A stretch of DNA of 64,000 nt from Octopus sinensis (taxonomy: Eukaryota). The notes below the pieces were generated by a model that did not search any database, was not told the origin of the DNA, and saw only the letters and a program-made list of their open reading frames with translations. Both the position numbers and the translations under genes were made by a program. Shown here piece after piece: positions 53,761 through 64,000 of this stretch. Position 1 is the first letter of the stretch. Every line of letters begins with the position of its first letter. The DNA is taken from positions 92,318,001-92,382,000 of the forward strand of contig NC_043000.1 of the NCBI RefSeq assembly GCF_006345805.1, read 5' to 3'.

Positions 53761-54124
53761 TAACAGTATTTCAATCAACACTGCTTAATTGCACTTCTAA
53801 TTAATTAACTCTGACTTGACAAAGCTTTACACACATCAGTGAATCTACTATATGCAGTTTAAGTATATTAGTTCTTAGAGAACTAAGAACGATAGATTCA
53901 TTGATGGTTTGTGGCTGATGAAGCATAAACACTCAGAAACATGTATAACCTATTGTCTGAATGCATCATTCAAAGTCTAGCAGAGTATTTCTAACAGGAA
54001 TTCTCAATAAGGAGAATTTCTTTCCTTCGGCAATTTCCACAGTATAAAACATTCTGCTATATAGGAACATGTTAAATATAATTGTGCACACCAATATATA
54101 TATATATATATGTACTTCTATCTG

Positions 54125-54240
<116 letters not shown>

Positions 54241-54294
54241 TGTGTGCGTGTATGTATATATACATACATATACACACACACAATTATATATATA

Positions 54295-54698
54295 TCATCA
54301 TCATCATCGTTGTCATTGTTGTCGTCGTTTAATGTTCACTTTCCATGCTGGCTTGGGTTGAACAGTTTGGCTGAGGACTGGCAAACCAGCAGGCTGCACC
54401 AGGCTCCAATCTGATCTGGCAAAGTTTCTACAGTTGGATGCCCTTCCTAACGCCAACCACTCCGTGAGTGTAGTGAGTGCTTTTTATGTGCCACCAGCAT
54501 GGGAGCCAGTCAGGCAGCACTAGCATCGACCACCCTCAAATGGTACTTTTACTGTGCCACTGACATGGGTGCCAGTCAAGCGGCACTGACATTCGCCATG
54601 ACAATGACTTCCCTTGACTCAATAGGTCTTTACAAGCACAACATATTGCCCAATGATTGAAGGGTACTCTTAAATGGGCTGGCTATGCTGCACTGGCA
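54295..54698 (-). mobile_element. RTE-LINE 3' UTR copy (longer, variant subfamily)
   Basis: Same 3' tail, but a different upstream UTR from the 40599 copy. Confidence 0.8.
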
Positions 54699-55260
54699 TT
54701 TGACCCAGACTACCTTCTTCCAACTGTTAAACATGGAGGAGGATCTGTGATGATCCGGGGGGGCTATATCTTGGAAATCTGCTGGCTCAATAGTTTCCCT
54801 TCATGGCAGAGTTAATAGTCAAGACTATTTAAGCATTTTATCTGATCTAATTCATTCTATGGTTGCAGAACTGTTTCCAGGGGGAAAAGTAATCTTTCAG
54901 GATGATGATCTAACAATTCACACAGCTAAAGTTGTTACTGAATGGCACGGCGAACATTCTAGTGAAGTTGAACATCTTATCTGGCCACTACAGTCCCCAG
55001 ATCTCAATATTATTGAACATTTATGGTGCCTTTTAGAAAAACAATTAAGGAGTTGATATCCTCCACCATCATCACTACAAGAACTGGAGACTGTTTTAGC
55101 TGAAGAATGGATGAAAATTCCTTTGGAAAGAATTCAAACATTGAATGAGTCCATACCTCATAGAATTCAAGCTGTAATTACTGCGAAAGGCAGTCCTACC
55201 CCATATTAAAATAAATTTCTTTGAAATTTTAAGGCGTTTCCATCATTTGTCCAACCCCTG
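54699..55260 (+). mobile_element. Tc1-family transposon 3' half with DD36E spacing and right TIR
   Basis: PTVKHGGGSVMI...IFQDD(D)LTIHTAKVVTEW...WPLQSPDLNIIEHLW...LAEEW.KIP...ESIP.RIQAVI.AKG.PTPY*. Ends ...TTTGTCCAACCCCTG followed by TA. Confidence 0.9.
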
Positions 55261-55515
55261 TATATACATATACATATATCGGAAAAAAGGATTGATAGAA
55301 TAAGTACTAGGCTTGCAAACAATAAGTCCTGGGGTTGATTTGTTCGACTTAAGGTGGTGCCCCAGCATGGCCACAGTGAAATGACTGAAACAAATAAAAG
55401 AATATGTATATATATGTGTTTTTGTGTGTGTGTGTATATATAGGTAATTACTAACACAAAACTCTCAGCCTTTGAGTCACTCTATCGCTGGTGCTAAAAA
55501 TTAATATGTGTGTGT

Positions 55516-55546
<31 letters not shown>

Positions 55547-55576
55547 CATACATACATATATATATCTGATTTTATT

Positions 55577-55608
<32 letters not shown>

Positions 55609-56548
55609 CATACATACATACATACATCTATTTATCTATCTATCTATCTGATTTTATTTTTCCGGAGAAAATAAACAGTGAGATATATTTCAAGGTAAGA
55701 TAAAGATACATAAAATTTTTAAACCTTAACAAAAAATACCATTACCAGTAACAACACCAAATAACAACAACACAAAACAAGATAAACACATAATATACAA
55801 ATTAATATACATCAAACACAGCCTTTACACAAAATAAAAATGAAACTTATTTTCTTTCGATATGATTTTGAACAGACAAGATAAAAAATGCCCTTCACTG
55901 TCTGCAACTCTAGGCTAAAGAAATTTCTTAATTTCTTGGTGAAAATATCAAGCATTAGAAAAAAGTCACCATCTTGCACTATTATTTCTTGCCAAGATCT
56001 AGAATGCAAATAAAAATATAAAATAAATATGAAACAGAAGTCATAAGATTAAATAAATTTGAAATTAAATAAAAATTAAAATTAAAATATTTCTGTTATT
56101 TCTTTCATTATTCTTTCAAATATTTTCATAATTTTGCATGTATTTTTACTGTGTGTATTTGCATTTTTGTTTTGTTCATATTTTAAGCTTTTTTATTCAA
56201 GGTAGGTTGATGCCTAAAGAAAACAAGAGTATGTGACTTCCTTTATAAATGTAACAGATAAATACTATATATCACATTTGAATAAGTAAATGTTTATTTG
56301 TACATTTATATGGGTGTGTTGATGTATATATGCATATATTTATGTATGTATATATGTGTGTGTCCATATGTGTGTATGTGTGTGTGCGCGTGCGTGTATA
56401 TATGTGTGTGTGTGTATATATATCATCATCATTATCATCATTTAACATCCACTTTCCATGCTAGCATGGGTTGGATATCCTTTTATTCATTTAATTGTCT
56501 CAGTCATTTGACTGTGCCCATCCTGGAGCACTGCCTTTAGTCAAACAA

Positions 56549-56599
<51 letters not shown>

Positions 56600-56870
56600 T
56601 ATCATCGTCATCGTCGTTGTCATTTAACGTCTGTTTTCCATGCAGGCATGGGTTGGAAAGTTTGACTGAGGACTGGCAAGCCAGAAGGCTGCACCAGGTT
56701 CCAATCTGATCTGGCAAAGTTTCTACAGCTGGATGCCCTTCCTAACGCCAACCACTCCGAGAATGTAGTGGGTGCTTCTTACGTGCCTCTGGCATGGGGT
56801 CAGCCCTGGTTGAACTGTCCCATCCATGCCAGCATGGACAACGGATGTTAAGTGATGATGAGGATGATGG
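56600..56870. mobile_element. Two RTE 3' UTR tails arranged back to back
   Basis: Minus-strand tail at 56600-56795 followed by a plus-strand tail CCATGCCAGCATGGACAACGGATGTTAAGTGATGATG. Confidence 0.7.
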
Positions 56871-56980
56871 TGGTGGTGGTGGTGGTATATCTAGTAGTTT
56901 AATATTTTGTTTCTGTTCTCTAATCTCTTTCTCAGATTCACCTTGTAACTTCACCACCATTCTGTCTGTTTGTCTGTCTG

Positions 56981-57026
<46 letters not shown>

Positions 57027-57190
57027 CCTATCTCTCTTTATAAATGGGGATGCCATAAGTTCACCTCTTCAGCACAACACCTGGTCTTGGTCTTCTATCA
57101 TATCTTTACATTCCTCATTACTCAATTAAGAAGTCTTTTTTTGCAAGTACTTGGCAACCTTAACAGTGCTGGTGCAGTGAGAAATGCACC

Positions 57191-57612
57191 TGTAACTGGA
57201 TGAGAGATTCCTGCACTGGATGAGTGCTGCTCACATCCTTTACATTAAATATTAATTGAAGAAAGAGTCGAGATTTTCCATTAACTTCAACAGTATAAAT
57301 ATTTATTCTTTGATTCACAAAATAAACATCTCCTTCCTCTGGGTGAATCGACAACCTAGGAGCTTATTGGCAGTAGTCAAGTGGAGTGAGTCAATCCTGC
57401 CTGTTCAAGCATAGAGGAGATGCACCACCACAAGGCAGCAGCTCGAGAGAGATGCTAGAGACACATCTGTATCGTTCAGCTGGTAGCGTCAAAAAGAGAG
57501 ATACAAGAGAATTTTGCTGCTGCTAGTTTTCTGTGCATGCGCATGAAGGAACTTCCTGCAGATTCCAACCCTACGCATGCGTGCTAGAGATTTCCAAGAT
57601 GGCGTCACTACA
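57191..57612 (-). mobile_element. Solo LTR (422 bp), probably Gypsy/Ty3-type, with 4-bp TSD CACC
   Basis: TGTAAC...ACTACA termini; CACC at 57187-57190 and 57613-57616; minus-strand AATAAA at 57302-57307. It interrupts an RTE-UTR-like repeat that rejoins across the insertion. Confidence 0.8.
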
Positions 57613-58724
57613 CACCCGTTACACTCAGGGAAGTGTTTCACTGAAGGGCATCCAATAGCAGTAAATAGGCCAAAGCAGACACTGAAGTTCAACACAGCCC
57701 ACTATGTGCCCATAAGTTTTATTTTTGCTTTTACAAAAAATAAATTACATGGGTTTTTATGGTATATTTCTAGGTTAGCTAAAGATATATAAAACTTATA
57801 AACTTTGATAAAAATTCAACAGCAACAACAAACATGATAACAATAGCAACAGCATAAAACAAGATTTAAAAAATCATATAAATGAGTTGTAAATGAGTTT
57901 CACTGTCATACAAGCAGTGTCATTTATTTTCAAATTTCTGCAAAAAATAAGAACATGTCTACCTTCGGGGAATTATAAACTTAATTAGAAAGAGTTGAGG
58001 ATTGGCAACAGGGAGGACATCTTCCTGTTGAAAATATTGCTATAAGATACTCTGTCTGACACATGCAAGCTTTGGTAGGTGAATGTTAAAATTGTGATGA
58101 TGATGAAGATTTAAATTTGTTAATGATTATTTATATGAGCATAGTAGAAAAATATTTGCAATATAGCATCTTTTATTCCACAGACATCCTCCCCTCCGCA
58201 AGATTCAATGTTTTCTGGCTGTCTTCCCAAAGCTCCACAATATTCTCTTGTCTTTTATATTGTAGAGATTCTCTTCTTTCTTCTTATATCTGCTGAAGCA
58301 AATTCCTTCTTATACAAATTTAGGAACAAATTGTGAATAATGCTTCAGTTTATTGTCTCTTTAATCACTATATATTTATGAAATAAAAGGATGGGTTTGA
58401 TTATTTCTCATATTTTCAATAATGTCCTTTTAGCCTGTGGGGCTGTATTTAATGAACATATCTAACTGCAGTTCATTTAATCTGTATATGTTTAGCAAAA
58501 CAAAATAATTATATGCATCTCCTAGTCAGACTATGATCTCATATTTCATACAAAGATGACAAAAACTTGATTAACTGACACCATTTGCTTCATAATTCCT
58601 TATCTGTGTTATGGCATGGGTGAGAACCAAGAACCATGAATTTAGAGCCTTCCAAACTTCTGAAAAGAATATATTGGTTTTAGCTTGACCATCAATGCAA
58701 CAATGTACATATATACACACATGC

Positions 58725-58789
<65 letters not shown>

Positions 58790-58856
58790 ACTTTCTATAT
58801 ATATATATATGGTATATATATATATATATATATATATGGTATATATATATATAAAT

Positions 58857-58896
<40 letters not shown>

Positions 58897-58897
58897 A

Positions 58898-59285
58898 TTT
58901 ATCTTTTACTTGTTTCAGTCATTAGACTGCGTCCATATAGGGGCACTGCCCTGAAGGGTTTTAGTCAAATAAATCCACCTCAGGACTTATACTTTGTAAG
59001 CCTATTTATCCTCTCGGTCTCGTTTGCTAAACTGCTAAGTTATAGAGACATAAATACACCAGCACTGGTTGTCAAGCAGTGGTGGGTGAGAAGCTCAGAC
59101 ACAAAGACTCTCTCTCACACACACACACACACATGATGAGTTCCTATCAGTTGCTGTCTACCAAATCCACTCACAAAGCTTTGATCAGTGCGAGGTTATA
59201 GAAGATGACATTGCTATGCAGTGGCACTGAACCTGAAGCCATGTGGTTGGGAAGCAAGCTTCTTACCACACAGCCATGTCTGTGC
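58898..59285 (-). mobile_element. SINE family A copy
   Basis: Matches 43656-44070. Confidence 0.85.
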
Positions 59286-59509
59286 TTATATATATGTATA
59301 CACACACATACATATATATATCCTGTTCAGTTGTGGGTCTTATCATGCAGGTACTTGGTGAAATCATTGGAGCTGGTGCTACATAAAAAGCACCCAGTAC
59401 ACTCCTTTAAGTGGTTGATATTAGGAAGGGCATCCAGCTGTAGAAACCATGCCCTCATTGAAAAAAGGAGGTTAAATTAAAGATGATGATGATGATATAT
59501 ATATATATG

Positions 59510-59722
59510 TAAATACTTTATTTTAAGCAGCAGAAAATTCAACAAAATCTGTTACTCTGAGTTTCTCGTTGCCGTTCATCAGACTGATGAACGGCAACGA
59601 GAAACTCAGAGTAACAGATTTTGTTGAATTTTCTGCTGCTTAAAATAAAGCATATTACTCTACCACTGGTATTTGAGTACTCTTTTTTCCACCTTGTTTC
59701 ACATTTATGTGTTTACTCCGGT
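59510..59722. mobile_element. Penelope-like inverted pseudo-LTR forming a perfect 135-bp palindrome with a hammerhead core
   Basis: 59516-59582 is the exact reverse complement of 59584-59650. The arm contains CTGATGA-ACG-GCAA-CGA-GAAA-CTCAGAG-TA, followed by AATAAA and an unpaired tail. Confidence 0.8.
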
Positions 59723-60349
59723 ATATATGTAAATAGATAGATAGATAGATGGATAGATAGAGAATATAATGTGTGTATATATGATTTTATGCAAAAAGGA
59801 TCTAATTTTTGATTCATTATATTTTTAATGACATCTTATTCTTTCTGGTGGATATTTTTGGTCAAAAAATAGATTTTGTTTTTGCATTAGTGTTTTGGTT
59901 GGTTCCTGTACATAGGAACAGATTTTGATTGGTAGTAGGTTTCATTGCTCTCTTATTTTCTTTTTTCTCTCTCTTGTCTATAAAACTCAATATGATCAAA
60001 CTTTTAGTAATGTACATTTATTACATTCTTCGCCGAACATTTACTTTGATATTGTCTATCGCTGCCACTAAATTTTATGTGAACATTTGATCGTTTAAAC
60101 ATGTTCATCTGATTTCTACTTCGTGATTTTAAACTGCTAAAATCCCATATATATATATATATTCAACAGGCTTCTTTCAGTTTCTGTCTACCAAATTTAC
60201 TCTCAAGGCTTTGATTGGACTGAGGCTTTAGTAGAAGACGCCTGGCCAAGGTGCCATGCAGTGGGACTGAACTCAAAACCATGTGATTGATAAGCCAATG
60301 TATAAAATTAATATAAACAGCAGTTTCCAATATTTCACCAAAAAGGCAA

Positions 60350-60657
60350 ATTACAAATGTCACTAAATGTGACTAGGGTGTTAGGAAACACCTACATTGC
60401 TAGAAATAAGAGCTAAACTGCTCTAATGCTGTAGTTAGCGCACATGAATGTAAACAAGCTGTCTTAACTGATGAGGCAACAGAAATTGCAGAAACTGACA
60501 CACCAGTATTGCAAATTCTCGATTGGTACTTTTTGGACAATTATGGTCCCTGTTAGTATATATGTGCATTAACTATAGCATTAAAGCAGTTTAGCTCTTA
60601 TTTCTAGCAATGAAAGTGTTTCCTAACACCCTAATCACATTTAGTAATATTTGTAAT
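60350..60657 (+). mobile_element. Fold-back element (~100-bp imperfect inverted arms) enclosing a hammerhead motif
   Basis: TTACAAATGTCACTAAATGTGACTAGGGTGTTAGGAAACAC...TGCTAGAAATAAGAGCTAAACTGC is inverted at 60590-60657. A second copy of the right half lies at 61428-61570. Confidence 0.75.
60463..60512 (+). ncRNA. Candidate type I hammerhead ribozyme
   Basis: CTGATGA (60468-60474), stem II GCAA/TTGC, GAAA (60491-60494), stem III CTG-ACACAC-CAG, cleavage triplet GTA (60506-60508), weak stem I. Activity not tested. Confidence 0.55.
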
Positions 60658-60663
60658 TCTATA

Positions 60664-60753
<90 letters not shown>

Positions 60754-61565
60754 TACACACACACACACATACGTATATATATATCAATGAGAAGGACATG
60801 ATTATAGAAGAGAAGATACCTCAAAAGCAGTAACAATCGACACCAACTAATCAACACTATTCAAGATTGCCAGCCTGAACAAGCATGTGTATATGTATAA
60901 AGGCATACATACATAGGCCCAAACACATACACAGCAATAGTAGTAGTAGTAGTAGTAGTAGTAGTAGCAGCAGCAGCAGGAATAGTACGTATACACACAC
61001 ACACGCACATACACACACATATATGAACACATACGTACGTTCGGTTTCCTTGTATGTCTCCACTGTTATTTTCTTGTTCCCAACTTTGACCTTAATTTTA
61101 TTTTCGAATTTATGAGAATAACTGTCTTTGATGACTCGTGTTGTCGTTCAGTGCTCGAAATGAGGAGTAGATAGACAGCCGACAACTGATGAAGGGGTCC
61201 TTTCTCTATGTTAACTTGTCCTGTTTTCCATTTTATCTTGTTGCTTATGTATTTCACTCATTTTCCCCTCGTTTGTGTATTTCATGTTATTTGCACATCC
61301 TATACCTATATATGCATGTGTGTGTATGTATGTATATATATAAATATATATATATATATGTATATGTATATGTATATATATATATGTATGTATGTATGTA
61401 TATATATATACACACACATACATACATACTTTTTGGACAATTATGGTCAGTGCTAGTGTATATGTTTTCATTCATGAGCATTAAATACACCATTAGAGCA
61501 GTTTAGCTCTTATTTCTAGCAATTTTGGTGTTTCCTGACACCCTAGTCGCATTCAGTGATATCTC

Positions 61566-61607
<42 letters not shown>

Positions 61608-61931
61608 CATTATACGTAAATATACATACATATATACGTACATATATGCATACACACATGCACACACACATATATTTATATATATGTGTGCGTGAGTGTG
61701 TGCACACATAATTTGAGTGGTTTATAATGGCTGTTGTATGTTATTACATAACATTCATTCTCAACTGTAAACAGCCACTTAACGTTTACCTTCTGGCATG
61801 TGAGGAAACAAAAAAGTGACAAACCATTTAAATACACAGCAGAGACATATACATCATGTGTGTGTGTGTGTGCATATACACAAATATATATATATAAATA
61901 TATATATATATGTAAAGATATACATGAGTAG

Positions 61932-61962
<31 letters not shown>

Positions 61963-61974
61963 TAAACAATCATT

Positions 61975-62024
<50 letters not shown>

Positions 62025-63054
62025 CATATATATAATGTATATATGTAATTAAGTATATATATATATATATATGTATGTATATATATATTTATATATATGA
62101 ACATATATATATTTCTACTTTAGTGTGTGTGTGTGTGTGTGTGTGTGTTTACAGTCATATGTTCAAAGAAAAATGCATGTATATAAAATGCTACCTATAT
62201 TTTTTATTGTTTTTCTGTGATTTTTTTTCTACCCATTTTTTCCTATAAATTACATAATTGCTGCAACGGAGCAGAGGAGCTTGTTATATTGTCATAAACA
62301 TTCTCACTCTTTTACATTTATAACCTTCCAAATTCTGACTAGCACTACCGCAAGCTGCACCATTATCCCTGCCACTATCAAACATTCACCACTACCACCA
62401 CTACCACTACTACTACTATTCCTGCTGCTGCTACTACTACTACTACTACATTGTGGTTGATAAAAAAGAATGTAAGCCGGCAGTTTCTATGCTTTTGATA
62501 TTGTGGTATGGGAGTCTCCAGACAGACCACTTCACAGCTTGTCAATCAATCATCAGAGAACACATACTCAACTTCCTTCCTCAATCAACTGCATAGCATA
62601 GATCGACTCACTCGCTCTTTTTTATTTCACCCATCAATAGTAAAGAAAAAAAATGCATTTAAAATCTTGTTGTACCTACAGTGAGACCTTCAAAAACACA
62701 AATTTCTTTCTATTATTCTGATTTATATCATGCTGTGGTATATACAGGTATCATTTAAAGTACACAATAGTTTTTTTACATTATTTTTTCTGCAGTTTTA
62801 GCTTCAAAGTGTGTTTTTAAAACTTTCTGCATTTTTTGACTTTGTATGTAAAATATTGTTTGTTTGTTTCTCTAACCCTACAAAAATGAAACACATTACC
62901 CGATAAGTGCAAGTGCACTTATCAAAATTTACCTAATCACTTACAAAACCTTTTTTCCAAATTTTAAGCCCCACAAAATTAGGGAATACTTATACACAAG
63001 GGTTCCCTATACACGCTAAAATACGGTATATATATATATATATAGGAGTATATA

Positions 63055-63437
63055 GGAGCACTCCGTCGGTTACGACGATGAGGGTCCCAGCTTATACGAT
63101 CAACGGAACAGCTTGCTCGTGGAATCAACGTGCAAGTGGCTGAGCATGCCACAGACACGTGTACCTTTAATGTAGTTCTCGAGGAGATTCAGCGTGACAC
63201 AGAGTGTGACAAGGCTGGCCCTTTGAAATACAGGTACAACAGAAACAGGAAGAAAGAGTGGGAGAAAGTTGAGGTGAAAGAGTACAGCAGGGTTCACCAC
63301 CACCCCCTGCAGGAGACTTGTGAAACTTTAGGTGTTTTCGCTCAATAAACACTCACAATGCCCAGTCTGGGAATTGAAACCGTGATCTTACGACCGCGAG
63401 TCCGCTGCCCTAACCACTGGTCCATTGCACCTCCACC
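63055..63437 (-). mobile_element. Full-length tRNA-derived SINE resembling Octopus OR2
   Basis: Minus strand GGTGGAGGTGCAATGGACCAGTGGTTAGGGCAGCGGACTCGCGG...GGTTTCAATTCCC head; ends CGTCGTAACCGACGGAGTGCTCC. The family name is from recall. Confidence 0.85.
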
Positions 63438-63489
63438 ATATATATATATATATATATGTATAGAGAAAGAGAGAACTTTATTTTTTTTC

Positions 63490-63880
63490 TTTTACATTTT
63501 TCTGCCATTGGACTACGACCAAGCTGGGGTACTCACTTGAAAGATTTTATTCGAACAAATTGCTTCAAGTACTGATTTCTTTAAAGTCTTAGTACTTAGT
63601 CTATGAATCTCTGATGTGAATCTCTATCGAATGACAGTGGAAGACAACCACAAGCCCAAAACCATACACACACACGTACATACACATGCACACTCACATA
63701 CCCACACATGCACACAATAGGCTACTCCACTGTTTCCATCAGTTAAATTCACTCCCAAGACATTAGCTGGGCTAGGTGGGGTGGGGGCTATTGTAGACAC
63801 TTACCCAAGGCACTGCACTGTGGAACTGAACCCAAAGCCATATGGTTGCAAAGCAACCTTCTTCTCCATGCAGCCATCCC
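63490..63880 (-). mobile_element. Degenerate SINE family A copy
   Basis: ACTGAACCCAAAGCCATATGGTTGCAAAGCAACCTTCTT head (reverse complement) and tail remnants. Confidence 0.7.
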
Positions 63881-63898
63881 TTTATCTCTCTCACTCTT

Positions 63899-63933
<35 letters not shown>

Positions 63934-63934
63934 C

Positions 63935-63995
<61 letters not shown>

Positions 63996-64000
63996 CTATC

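Noticed and set aside
61120-61210. Additional hammerhead candidates (TTGATGA...GAAA at ~61128-61160; CTGATGA at ~61186)
   Set aside because: Stems II and III could not be paired convincingly. This may be PLE-derived, but I cannot support it as a ribozyme.
62950-63028. pogo/Tc2-like right TIR (...AAAATACGG-TA)
   Set aside because: No matching left TIR or transposase remnant was found, so it is too weak to annotate.
63360-63437. tRNA genes at SINE heads (also 13760-13830, 44000-44070, 53172-53245)
   Set aside because: A and B boxes are present, but there is no complete acceptor stem and each continues into a multicopy SINE body.

Overview
Strongly AT-rich eukaryotic (animal) DNA, very probably an octopus/coleoid cephalopod intron or intergenic region. 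This is inferred from the extreme (TA)n/(CA)n/(ATT)n/(GAT)n/(TATC)n microsatellite density and from tRNA-derived SINEs that resemble, from memory, the Octopus OR1/OR2 families. I found no intact host protein-coding gene, and nearly all ORFs in the supplied track are microsatellite read-throughs. The window is a layered transposable-element graveyard. It holds Tc1/mariner elements of three classes (DD34D mariners, a DD41D-like deletion derivative, a DD36E Tc1), a young RTE LINE 3' end plus many orphan copies of its 3' UTR, and Dong/R4-like RLE-LINE fragments sitting in (TAA)n arrays. It also holds a CR1-like 3' end, a solo LTR with a 4-bp TSD, a Helentron/HINE-like element and at least four SINE families. 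The most interesting signal is a dispersed set of about 8-10 short, often fold-back (inverted) Penelope-like pseudo-LTR remnants carrying minimal hammerhead-ribozyme cores (CTGANGA-stem-GAAA-palindromic stem III-GTA). These include a perfect 67+1+67 bp palindrome at 59516-59650 and a well-formed hammerhead at 60463-60512. All family assignments come from motif recognition by eye, not database searches.
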